DNA from: Candidatus Norongarragalina meridionalis | Lineage (GTDB): Archaea > Micrarchaeota > Micrarchaeia > Norongarragalinales > Norongarragalinaceae | NCBI GenBank assembly: GCA_902384935.1 | Contig: CABMDO010000009.1 | Location: 3,152 to 67,151, forward strand | Direction of reading: 5' to 3' | DNA: 64,000 nucleotides | In this document: positions 9,601 through 18,203 of the stretch, one piece after another | Layout: every line of letters starts with the position of its first letter | Position numbering within the stretch: position 1 is the first letter of the stretch | Notes under the pieces: model-generated | What the model was told of the DNA's origin: nothing | Seen by the model: the letters and a program-made list of their open reading frames with translations, nothing else | The model's database searches: none | Made by a program: the position numbers and the translations under genes

Positions 9601-10586
9601 GCAAAAAACCGACCGTCGCCGACTTCTTCGCGGGAATAGGCGGAATTCGACTGGGATTCGAACAGGCTGGATTCGACGCGGTTTACTCGAACGAAATCGA
9701 CGACTTCTGTGGCATTACCTATAAGGAAAACTTCGGCATTGACCCGAAGGGAGATATTACCAAAATAAACGCGGAAGAACTGCCAGACTTCGACGTGTTC
9801 GTAGGCGGTTTTCCTTGTCAGGCGTTCTCGATAGCGGGACGAAAACTGGGTTTCGACGACACTCGTGGCACGCTTTTCTTCGATGTTGCCCGCATACTCA
9901 AAACTAAGAGACCCAAGGCATTTCTGCTTGAAAACGTAAAAAATCTGGAAGGACACGAACACGGAAATACCATCAAAGTGATACTCCGCGCGCTCAGGGC
10001 AGAATTGGACTACAATGTAAGCTACGCAGTACTGAACGCCAAGGATTACGGCGTACCGCAGAACAGGGAACGAATATACATAGTGGGATTCAGAAAGGAT
10101 GTTTTTGACGGCATGTTTCCGTTTCCAGGACCTTCTAAGAGAAGCAAACTCGCGAGCATACTAGAAAAAAACGTTCCGTTGAAATACTTCATAAGCAAAA
10201 AACGGCTCGCGGGGATGAAAAAACACAGGGCCCGACATGAAGCCATGGGGCACGGCTTCGGTTACGAAGTTCTGGATCCAGAAAAGACCGCCAAAGCGAT
10301 AGTCGTAGGCGGCATGGGGCGCGAAAGAAACCTCATCAAGGACTGCGGATCGTTGCGAAAACACGAGGGCGACGCGGGTTTTGAAGCTAAAAACGATGAG
10401 TGTCTGCGTTACCTTACGCCGCGCGAATACGCCCGCTTACAGGGTTTCCCAGATTCGTTCAAAATTCCAGTATCCAACGCTCAGGCGTACAAACAGTTCG
10501 CTAACTCCGTAGCGGTGCCAGTGATAGTCGCGATAGCTAAAGAAATGAGGAAGGAACTCGTTTCGAGCAAAAAACAGACTGATTAA
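9597..10586 (+). CDS. dcm: DNA (cytosine-5)-methyltransferase, HpaII-like
   Basis: FAGIGG, GFPCQ, ENV, QNRER, RLQGFP, YKQFANSV motifs. ATGA overlap with vsr. Confidence 0.95.
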   Translation: MSKKPTVADFFAGIGGIRLGFEQAGFDAVYSNEIDDFCGITYKENFGIDPKGDITKINAEELPDFDVFVGGFPCQAFSIAGRKLGFDDTRGTLFFDVARILKTKRPKAFLLENVKNLEGHEHGNTIKVILRALRAELDYNVSYAVLNAKDYGVPQNRERIYIVGFRKDVFDGMFPFPGPSKRSKLASILEKNVPLKYFISKKRLAGMKKHRARHEAMGHGFGYEVLDPEKTAKAIVVGGMGRERNLIKDCGSLRKHEGDAGFEAKNDECLRYLTPREYARLQGFPDSFKIPVSNAQAYKQFANSVAVPVIVAIAKEMRKELVSSKKQTD

Positions 10587-10612
10587 TTAACCACCCGCCG
10601 CCTTTTCGTTTC

Positions 10613-11650
10613 ATGGCGGTCACTGGCGGCAGAAACCCCAAAGCACTACCGAGTCCGCCGCGAGAGCGCTGCTCGATCTGGGCTAGGGAAACGTTTCGGA
10701 AAGCTCTCGAAACGCGTAAGCTATCAGACAGACACGCTGCGGAAAAACTAAAGGACCAACTGATAAAACTCGGCATTATCGACAAGCGCATCGACGGTTT
10801 TGCCATAATGGGCCTGCCTCAAACGCAGGAAGGGCGCGGAGGCGGCATCAACTATACCGACGTTTTTCACGAAGTGGTAACTTCGACGGGGGACTCTAAC
10901 CCAATCGACTATCTTTACAAGCTGACGGAATATTTCATTTCAAAGGAAAACGACGATGATAAACTCGGGGGTTTTCTTGCACGCGGTCTGCGCACGTTTC
11001 CGTCCCTGGCTAGAGACCGGGATTTCGGGATAGTTTTCGAGACGATGATAAACGAAACTGGCGCATTCAGGGATTATGAGCTAGTCGTCGATCCTATAGA
11101 AGACGCAGCTAAACATACGGATGTTTTGTTCAGGGTAAATGGAAAGGACTACCGAATATGGCTATTTCAGTACTCTCCACGCGGCCTCCCGCATGATATC
11201 GAACGCCTGACTGGCGAACGTGGGAAGCTGCCAGCCGGGATACACGTACTTTGTCCGCTTAAAACCGAAATAGAACAGCAATACTCGCATACGAAGGACC
11301 GAATAACTTCCATGAACGTGAGAATCGGAGCTTTGAATGCAAAACTTAAGGAAATTAAAAAAGGAACCAAAAAAGCGGCCGAACTCGCGGAAAAACTGAA
11401 GCGCTACTCGGCGGAATTGGACAAGCTTAGCGATGATGAAAAAAGACTTCGGCCGCTATTCGATGACGAAATGTTCGTAAAGGAAGGTTGGTTCTTCTAT
11501 TCCGAAAAGAAAATAGAGGCGGTTTTGGAATTAATTAAAAATATCTCACATAACAAGGCGACGCCAGATAGCTATGAGTGGATATACTCGGTTCTGATTG
11601 CGCCCAAACGCTATCTAGCGAAGATATCCGCTTTCGAAGTAAAACGATAA
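10613..11650 (+). CDS. Putative type II restriction endonuclease
   Basis: Lies between two methyltransferases. ARGLRTFPSLARD and D...TDVLF...YRIWL segments recall TaqI-like PD-(D/E)xK enzymes. Confidence 0.55.
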   Translation: MAVTGGRNPKALPSPPRERCSIWARETFRKALETRKLSDRHAAEKLKDQLIKLGIIDKRIDGFAIMGLPQTQEGRGGGINYTDVFHEVVTSTGDSNPIDYLYKLTEYFISKENDDDKLGGFLARGLRTFPSLARDRDFGIVFETMINETGAFRDYELVVDPIEDAAKHTDVLFRVNGKDYRIWLFQYSPRGLPHDIERLTGERGKLPAGIHVLCPLKTEIEQQYSHTKDRITSMNVRIGALNAKLKEIKKGTKKAAELAEKLKRYSAELDKLSDDEKRLRPLFDDEMFVKEGWFFYSEKKIEAVLELIKNISHNKATPDSYEWIYSVLIAPKRYLAKISAFEVKR

Positions 11651-11728
11651 CGGGTACCGTCTCCCTACAGTGGAAAGCGGAAAGCACGCGCCAAGGAACT
11701 CTATTAAAAACTAGAAAACTTTAGGTAA

Positions 11729-12949
11729 ATGACAATGAACCTGGAAACCGTACCCGTAAACAGGGAGGAATTCCAGCGCCTAGTCTCCCCCGTTCCCGAT
11801 CGGGATAAACCGCGCTACAGCTGGCATGCCTTCAAGCACAGCTATTCCAAGGAACTCGTCGACAAAATCATTGACGAATTCGGGATACCAGAAGACGGGC
11901 GCGTGCTTGATCCGTTTTGCGGCGGCGGCACAACTCTTTTGGCCTGCAAAGAACGCAACCTAGAGGCAGTAGGATATGACATTCTGCCGTTCTCGGTTTT
12001 TCTGTCAAACGTAAAGACGACCGATTTTGAGGCAGAAAAACTGGAAAAAGCGCTGTCCACGTTCAGAGTGATTAGAACCAGTAACGAACTGCCCGATGTG
12101 AAGATAGTTGACAAGGCGTTTACGCCCGCAGTTCAAGAAACGATAATGGGCATAAAAACGTGGATAGAAACGCTGCCAAACAAAAAGGAGGCGGAGTTTT
12201 TCCTTCTGGCACTTCTAACGACTGTCGACAAAGTCAGCAGGGCTACTAAGAGCGGGGGATTTCTGAGAATAGTTAAAAAAAGCCAGACGCAAAATCGCAC
12301 AGTCAACGTTTTTCTAGAAACTAGCAGAAAAATGATTGAGGACGTAAAGAAACTTCCCCTCAAGGAAAAATCAGGCGCCAAGGCGCATCTCGGCGATGCT
12401 AGAAAAATTCCAAAACGCGGCAAATACGATGCGGTAATAACGTCGCCGCCATATCCGAACCGCCACGACTATACGCGGATATACGCGCTCGAGCTTCTAA
12501 CAGCGTTTACGAACTCCAACAAGGAACTGAAGGAACTCAGGTACAGGACGCTTCGCTCACATGTCGAAGCTAGGGAAACGATAGTTGCAAAGGGCTACTC
12601 GCAACCCCAACTGCTAACCTACAAGCTAGATGAACTCGGGAAAAGAAAAATGAACAACTCACAAATCATCCCGATGCTCGAAGGTTATTTCGAAGACATG
12701 TATCTCGTACTGAAACAAATAAAGCGAGATTTGAAAAAAGGCGGGAGAGCCGCGCTAGTTGTAAGCAACGTTAGATACGAGGGCGTTTCTATACCCGTAG
12801 ACGAAATACTTGCCGAAATCGGAGTGAAGGCGGGTCTTAAGAACGCGAGTATTCTTAAGGCGAGAGATCGTGGCAACAGTTCGCAACAGATGGAAAAATA
12901 TTCGCGAGAACCCGCACGCGAAAGCATCATCGTTTGGAAGAACGCATAA
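11729..12949 (+). CDS. Amino (probably N4-cytosine) DNA methyltransferase
   Basis: Motif I VLDPFCGGGTT precedes motif IV ITSPPY. Confidence 0.9.
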   Translation: MTMNLETVPVNREEFQRLVSPVPDRDKPRYSWHAFKHSYSKELVDKIIDEFGIPEDGRVLDPFCGGGTTLLACKERNLEAVGYDILPFSVFLSNVKTTDFEAEKLEKALSTFRVIRTSNELPDVKIVDKAFTPAVQETIMGIKTWIETLPNKKEAEFFLLALLTTVDKVSRATKSGGFLRIVKKSQTQNRTVNVFLETSRKMIEDVKKLPLKEKSGAKAHLGDARKIPKRGKYDAVITSPPYPNRHDYTRIYALELLTAFTNSNKELKELRYRTLRSHVEARETIVAKGYSQPQLLTYKLDELGKRKMNNSQIIPMLEGYFEDMYLVLKQIKRDLKKGGRAALVVSNVRYEGVSIPVDEILAEIGVKAGLKNASILKARDRGNSSQQMEKYSREPARESIIVWKNA

Positions 12950-14048
12950 TTACTTTCTCGTACTGTTTGTATTCGGCGTAGTTATCGATTATCTTGTTTT
13001 TTTCTAGATAATATTGATAAGCAATTTTAAGAAAGTCGTGTCTTCCTTTAAAAGAATAGGATTCAACGGAGGCTTGTTGGACATACTTATTAAAACGGTC
13101 CAGTATTAGAGGATTCCTGGGTTCTTTGAATTTAGATATCAATTCTGAATCAGAACGAATAGCGTCTAATAGGGTTAGGTAGAATGAGACAAATTTCGAA
13201 ACATCGAACTTTGGACTGTTGAATAGGGATTCCTCTACAAAAAAATAAGCCGAAACTATTGCCGCACGCCGCCTAAGCTCCACTGCCTTCGGACCGAAAG
13301 CAGAATCCATTTTTTCTAGTATGAATCCGACTTGTTCGAGTTTTCTTTCGTCGTCTTCGGAAAGTTGTTGATAGCTATCAAAAAAAGCCCTGAGCTCTTC
13401 TATCCGAGCTCGACTAAATTCTTTTTTTCTGAACTGAAGCGAATTTAGAAGTATTTGCGCTAAAACAACCTGCCTAGAAAAACGATAATCTTTCAGACCG
13501 ACTTTAGAGATAAAGGGCAAGTTTGCCTTTCTGAAGACAAAGTCTCGCATTTCACCTGGTCGAACATTTAGTATTTCTCCACCGTTGAGCGGACGCCCGA
13601 GATTAATTCGGCGAAATATTTCACAAATATAGCTAACATCGGGTTCTTCGAGCAAAACGACATCGAACTCGTAGTTTTCTACGTTTTTATTCTGATTTGT
13701 CTGTTTAAGTTCGGCATAGTTCTGACCCCACGCGCCAGGGGTTATGCCGTCTTTATGAATTCGGAGATAGGCTCGACCTCTGCCAGTATCAAATCCACTA
13801 AAAAAGTTGATTATACTTTTAATTCTTTGTTTGCCGTCTATACACTCAAAACGATTGCCAATCTTAGCGAGATAAATTTTAGGGATATCAATATCATTAA
13901 GCATTGAATTTATAAGAAAACCTTGTTTTTCAAGAGACCATATAAAATCTCGCTGATATTCGGCGTCTAAATCTAAATCTCCAGACTCGCAAAGTTTGAA
14001 AAGTTCTAGAGCGGTAAACTTTCTAGACCTACGATTAACCGATTCCAT
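12927..14048 (-). CDS. DUF262 (ParB/GmrS-like) domain protein
   Basis: EYQRDFIW, IPKIYL, IDGKQR, IFRRINLGRPL signature. Confidence 0.9.
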   Translation of the reverse strand: MESVNRRSRKFTALELFKLCESGDLDLDAEYQRDFIWSLEKQGFLINSMLNDIDIPKIYLAKIGNRFECIDGKQRIKSIINFFSGFDTGRGRAYLRIHKDGITPGAWGQNYAELKQTNQNKNVENYEFDVVLLEEPDVSYICEIFRRINLGRPLNGGEILNVRPGEMRDFVFRKANLPFISKVGLKDYRFSRQVVLAQILLNSLQFRKKEFSRARIEELRAFFDSYQQLSEDDERKLEQVGFILEKMDSAFGPKAVELRRRAAIVSAYFFVEESLFNSPKFDVSKFVSFYLTLLDAIRSDSELISKFKEPRNPLILDRFNKYVQQASVESYSFKGRHDFLKIAYQYYLEKNKIIDNYAEYKQYEKVIMRSSKR

Positions 14049-15102
14049 TTTCCCACCACGCAGATATTTTTTGAGAATAGTTCGTGCTTACGTTCATTGA
14101 CTTAAAGAAAAAATCTAACCAATCTAAGAAAGCGCCACCATGAGTCTCTTTGTGAATCAGGTGATAATTAGGCAGGGTAAGATAATTTTCGTCAAAGTCT
14201 AAATAGAACCCTAAACGCCTAAGTGTTTTTTCGTATCTAGTGCTGCCAGCTATAAATTGAATATCATAGTCATGGGCGTTTTGTGTCTTAAAGAGTAGAT
14301 GAATAAGGCTGAGATCATAATGACTGAGCGAACTTCCGACGATTCTGAGTGTGTCGCAATTAGACAGTATGCGTTCTGCTGCGCTATAAATATCTCCGAA
14401 TGGAGGCGTCCAGTAGTTTTTGCTTGCTCCGGGCGCTAGCCAAACTGGATGGAATTTGTTAAAATCAGCGAGTTCTTGTTTAACACCTTCCTTGGAAATA
14501 ACGCGCATCGACTTCGGATCCCGAATCCAGTTATAAGAACCGTGTAGTTTTAGAAGAGGGGGAATCGTTGGATTGGAAGCATGATTAGCAAATCGCCAAG
14601 AACCGTAGTTTACTCCGCGATAGACGTCTTGAAAGGCGCAGTCTAGTAGCCAATCATAGTTGGTAGTTATACACCCCAATAGATTTTCACGCTCAGGATG
14701 CTGTTTATGAAAATCCAAAATCGCCGAGTACAATAAAGGAACTAAAAAAGTATCGTCGTATATTAGGCAATCTATCAGTGCCCGAGCGTAGTATTGTCGA
14801 ATTATTTGAGCATCGGAATGAGCACCAGCTAACTCCAGAAAACTAATCAATAATTCAATATCTTGTTTGGGCGGTTCTAGAGAAGTAATTTTTATGGATT
14901 CTATTTTGCCGCTAATATCAGAATATTCGTAATTTTTATTTACACAGCGTTGAAAAAGTTCTTTGTCTTTGGGGTTTTGGCATATCCGCGTAAGAACGCA
15001 TTCGTCAAGATTCCTGGTCTTGGGCTTGGGGCCGTAAGCAGGGTGGTCTTCCTCCGCAAGAGTAGCTCCAGCTCCAAACAGATAAACTATATCGGCAGAC
15101 AT
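14035..15102 (-). CDS. SIR2-like domain protein (putative NADase)
   Basis: YLFGAGA, ITTNYD, LLKLHGS, IVGSSL..D motifs. ATG start at 15102. Confidence 0.85.
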   Translation of the reverse strand: MSADIVYLFGAGATLAEEDHPAYGPKPKTRNLDECVLTRICQNPKDKELFQRCVNKNYEYSDISGKIESIKITSLEPPKQDIELLISFLELAGAHSDAQIIRQYYARALIDCLIYDDTFLVPLLYSAILDFHKQHPERENLLGCITTNYDWLLDCAFQDVYRGVNYGSWRFANHASNPTIPPLLKLHGSYNWIRDPKSMRVISKEGVKQELADFNKFHPVWLAPGASKNYWTPPFGDIYSAAERILSNCDTLRIVGSSLSHYDLSLIHLLFKTQNAHDYDIQFIAGSTRYEKTLRRLGFYLDFDENYLTLPNYHLIHKETHGGAFLDWLDFFFKSMNVSTNYSQKISAWWENGIG

Positions 15103-15247
15103 CTTTAAAACACTTAGCTCATCAACTACTAAAAATACTTTGTTCGAAGGACGTTTAAACCTAGTCGTCACGCTAGCTAAATGCCTATTTTTTCACTGGA
15201 AAGCATCTCCCGAAATAATAGTTATTTCCAACAAATATAGGCTATTC

Positions 15248-15499
15248 ATGGAAATAAATACTAAAAAAATCGCAATGGAATTGGCTTGCCACGCACTGGT
15301 TATGGGTACTGGAAATCCACACCTAACCCTCGCTTGCCCAATAAGCAGCGAACTAATAGATAGCATCAGTAAAAATAATGAAACGATATATTATCGCATA
15401 GAGCCCTCGAACAAAAAATCACTGTTTGTTTGCGAAGTTGGACCCGTTCCAGAAGAATCTGTTTCTCTTCCAGATCTCTTGGACGCGGGCAAATCCTAA
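15248..15499 (+). CDS. Small hypothetical protein (83 aa)
   Basis: ATG-started ORF inside the AT-rich island. No recognisable motif. Confidence 0.4.
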   Translation: MEINTKKIAMELACHALVMGTGNPHLTLACPISSELIDSISKNNETIYYRIEPSNKKSLFVCEVGPVPEESVSLPDLLDAGKS

Positions 15500-15645
15500 T
15501 CAAAATTGTTTTTTCCCCTCTACGCGCCCTCTAAGAAGGGTTTTTAAATAGAGGGGAGTAATTCCTACGTCTTATTTCCCTCGTAGAATAGGCGCGGAAA
15601 CGCGGAACGAACGGTGGGGGAAGACTAAAAACAGAGGTGGATTGA

Positions 15646-15795
15646 ATGGTAAGAAAACCCTTTGGTGGCTACACCATCTCCTTCAAGGGATGCGATGACA
15701 CCTTGCAGGAAGTATTCGGAAGCTCGCCGATAACGCCCAGCGAGATGACGAAGAAGATCTGGGCATACGTCAAGCGCAAGAAGATCGCAGGATAA
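15646..15795 (+). CDS. 49-aa SWIB/MDM2-like mini-protein (absent from the ORF track)
   Basis: MVRKPFGGYTISFKGCDDTLQEVFGSSPITPSEMTKKIWAYVKRKKIAG. Strong GAGGTGG ribosome-binding site, TATA box at 15541-15550, poly-T downstream. Confidence 0.75.
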   Translation: MVRKPFGGYTISFKGCDDTLQEVFGSSPITPSEMTKKIWAYVKRKKIAG

Positions 15796-15799
15796 GTTA

Positions 15800-15828
15800 G
15801 TTTTTTTCGTTCTTTTTCTTTTATTTTA
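15800..15828 (+). terminator. Oligo-T archaeal terminator
   Basis: T-rich run tttttttcgttctttttcttttatttt immediately after the SWIB-like ORF. Confidence 0.6.
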
Positions 15829-15848
15829 CGGGGGTTGAGCCGCAGGCA

Positions 15849-16286
15849 TCAAGTGAAGCCTAAAAAGTCTTTTCCGGGATCAACAGTAGTGCCAGAAAAC
15901 TTCTGTAAAACGGCGTCCTCTGCCTTAAGAAATGCGGTCGATATTGCCTCAGCTAGGGTACAGATTTCTGGCAAAGGCACATGCTCTTCGAAAGATCTCG
16001 TTCCGCTTTCCATGTGCTGATGAAGAAAACTTTCGCTAGGATTTTTATGAAAATCAAGTCGATACCACGACTTTCCTTCTTTCCAAAAATTTATTCCAAG
16101 TTCACAGCCAGACTGATTAAGCAAGGCAGTTATTCGTAAAGGGTCATAAAAATTATTTATTTTGACTTCGACTTGATGCCCGTCCCCAAGATCAAAACGT
16201 CTTTTGAACGATTTAACACCCCTCATACCGGCTGCATCAATAGAGGGAAAGAGTTGACTTTCAATTGACCACATATCTACTGCCAT
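15849..16286 (-). CDS. Hypothetical protein (AT-rich)
   Basis: 145-aa ORF containing YRLDFH...HQH. Function unknown. Confidence 0.55.
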   Translation of the reverse strand: MAVDMWSIESQLFPSIDAAGMRGVKSFKRRFDLGDGHQVEVKINNFYDPLRITALLNQSGCELGINFWKEGKSWYRLDFHKNPSESFLHQHMESGTRSFEEHVPLPEICTLAEAISTAFLKAEDAVLQKFSGTTVDPGKDFLGFT

Positions 16287-16355
16287 TCAATCACATTAAA
16301 TTAACAAGGATCTTTCTTCGACAATGATTTAAAGCCCAGTGCTCCTTCTCCCTCC

Positions 16356-16667
16356 ATGTTCGCCAAGATTCACTCCCGCGCCGACGCCGAAGGCAGGATA
16401 CGCGAGGTGGTGGCGGTGTGCGACGCCGGCTTGCTCGGGAAGAAGCTCGTGGAGAAGGAGCTGGTGCTGGATTTGGGGAGGTACCGGGGCTTTTACGAAG
16501 GGGAGAAGGTTACGGAAGGGAAGGCGGTCATGCTCATCGCCGCCGCCGAGAGCCTGAACCTTGTCGGCGAGAAGGCGCTGGCTGCGGCGAGGAAGGCGCG
16601 GCCTATCGACGAAAAAGCGGTTCGTAGGATAGCGGGCGTGCCGCACCTGCAGATTTACAGGGTTTAG
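16356..16667 (+). CDS. DUF424 family protein
   Basis: VVAVCDAGLLGK, FYEGE, LNLVGEKA, IAGVPHLQI. Confidence 0.88.
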   Translation: MFAKIHSRADAEGRIREVVAVCDAGLLGKKLVEKELVLDLGRYRGFYEGEKVTEGKAVMLIAAAESLNLVGEKALAAARKARPIDEKAVRRIAGVPHLQIYRV

Positions 16668-16948
16668 CGCAAGTACTTCTTTCCAAGCGCGTTCATCATC
16701 AGGATTACCTGCAGGGCGTTGCCGGTTGGTATGACCTCGTAGTGCTCGCTGATGAGCAGGTGGTCGCCCTTGTTCTTGAAGGGGATGCCCGTCCTGTTCA
16801 GATGGGAACTGGCCGCCTGGATTGCCGTGGCGAGGTCCTTGCCCTTCTTCGGGTAAAGGTGTATTGTCACGTAGACGTGGCCGGGCGTCTCGACGGTTTC
16901 CGGCTCTATTCTCATGTTCTTCTTCAAGACCGTTGCAAGCTGCTTCAT
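16664..16948 (-). CDS. Hypothetical protein (paralog of 17802-18170)
   Basis: 94 aa, GAGG ribosome-binding site. Shares a PKK..D...A...L....PF pattern with the 17802 ORF. Confidence 0.6.
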   Translation of the reverse strand: MKQLATVLKKNMRIEPETVETPGHVYVTIHLYPKKGKDLATAIQAASSHLNRTGIPFKNKGDHLLISEHYEVIPTGNALQVILMMNALGKKYLR

Positions 16949-17094
16949 GGCATCGCCTCTAAAATAAAGGGAAGGAAACGCTAATAAATGCTGTTGCCGC
17001 GCCTGAGCAGTGGAAGGCAGGCGCCGAGGACTGTTTTTAAGCTGCCGACGGTTCGGGAATTCATGAGACGGGTCAGCACAACCAGGCAATAGGG

Positions 17095-17125
17095 TTATAT
17101 ACTTATTAGGGGTATAAGTGTATAA
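17095..17125 (+). promoter_or_regulatory. Inverted-repeat operator over the promoter of the toxin-antitoxin-like pair
   Basis: ttatatacttat-N7-ataagtgtataa (11 of 12 positions complementary), ending 9 nt before the ATG at 17135. Confidence 0.6.
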
Positions 17126-17134
17126 GGTGATGAA

Positions 17135-17401
17135 ATGTACGGACAAACGCAGGTTGTGCACTATCCGACGCTCAAGACGGTGATGGCGATCGAGGAAGTT
17201 GTGAAGAACGCGGACACCGCAGTCAGCAGAAACCAGATCATAGAGCGCCTCCCGACCAAGGTGATGCGCTCCACGCTGAACGTCACCCTGGACTATTTGG
17301 AAAACAGAGGGCTGGTGCTTGAAACGAAAAAGGGATTCGTCTACACGTACAACCCTAACAAGAAGCTGGAAAAGGCGGAAAGGGAAGGACTCAGGGTATG
17401 A
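17135..17401 (+). CDS. Winged-helix DNA-binding protein, putative antitoxin
   Basis: YPTLKTV...SRNQI..RLP..V.RSTL..TLDYLE..GLV pattern. Overlaps the downstream toxin-like gene. Confidence 0.65.
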   Translation: MYGQTQVVHYPTLKTVMAIEEVVKNADTAVSRNQIIERLPTKVMRSTLNVTLDYLENRGLVLETKKGFVYTYNPNKKLEKAEREGLRV

Positions 17402-17796
17402 AGGAAAGGCGCGTCACGGTAAAGATGCTCGGCGAAGCCAAGGAGGAATACCGGAGACTGCGGGAGATTTCGGAAGAGGAGAGGAAAAAGGGAACGACGG
17501 ACTCATTCCACCAGACGCTTCTTAGGTCCATAGACGCCAAAATCGAACTGCTGAAGGCGGACTACGGTTACGGCATCCAGATTCCGAAAAGGTGCATACC
17601 CGCAAAATATGTCAGGGAATACGGCGCGACGAATCTCTGGAAGGCGGACCTCGCGGGCTATTGGCGGATGATTTACACGCTTAAGCAGCCTCTTCGCGGG
17701 CCTGCGGAAATCGGGATAATCGACGTCTGGCTCGACGTGCTCGGAATAATGGACCACGAGAAATATGACAAGCTGTTCGGCTACCGCGGAAAGTAG
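17398..17796 (+). CDS. RelE/ParE-like toxin
   Basis: NLWKADLAGYWRMIYTL and IMDHEKYDKLFGY are typical of RelE-fold proteins. ATGA coupling. Confidence 0.6.
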   Translation: MKERRVTVKMLGEAKEEYRRLREISEEERKKGTTDSFHQTLLRSIDAKIELLKADYGYGIQIPKRCIPAKYVREYGATNLWKADLAGYWRMIYTLKQPLRGPAEIGIIDVWLDVLGIMDHEKYDKLFGYRGK

Positions 17797-17801
17797 CGGT
17801 T

Positions 17802-18170
17802 TCAGCCCTTTTTCTTGAGCGCCTTGACGGCGTCTTGAAGCGCCACTACATCCGCAGCCTTGCGGGGATACATCCAGTCGTCCGCTACCCCGTGGAGGGG
17901 TTCGGCGACTATTATCTTGTTTTCCTCTCGGTTGAACGGAAGGCTGTGCGCGCTCAGTACGTAGTGGGCGAAGTCCAGATCTTCCTGGAACGCCTTCCTC
18001 TTTTTCGGAAGCAGGGCTATCTTCCTGGCTATGACGAGGGTAGGCTTGCCGCTCGGCAGCTTGCCGAAACTGAACTTGAGGCCTTCTTTCGAAAGGAGAA
18101 GCTTGGCAACGTCCGCCATTCCGGGCCCTTTGCCTGGCGCGTAAGATATCGGCTTTGCAGATTGTCTCAT
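17802..18170 (-). CDS. Hypothetical protein (paralog of 16664-16948)
   Basis: 122-aa ORF sharing the motif described for the 16664 ORF. Confidence 0.6.
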   Translation of the reverse strand: MRQSAKPISYAPGKGPGMADVAKLLLSKEGLKFSFGKLPSGKPTLVIARKIALLPKKRKAFQEDLDFAHYVLSAHSLPFNREENKIIVAEPLHGVADDWMYPRKAADVVALQDAVKALKKKG

Positions 18171-18203
18171 GAATAAACGCTGAATATTCGCCCTAATAAA
18201 CAG

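Larger units (their letters stand above)
9160..16330. other. AT-rich horizontally acquired defence island (restriction-modification genes plus SIR2/DUF262)
   Basis: Visible drop in GC and dense defence-type genes. No integrase or flanking tRNA seen. Boundaries approximate. Confidence 0.7.

Noticed and set aside
9160-16330. Provirus or integrative element
   Set aside because: No integrase, transposase, capsid or replication genes and no att-like direct repeats were recognised. The tRNA-Glu at 57.3 kb has no adjacent integrase either.
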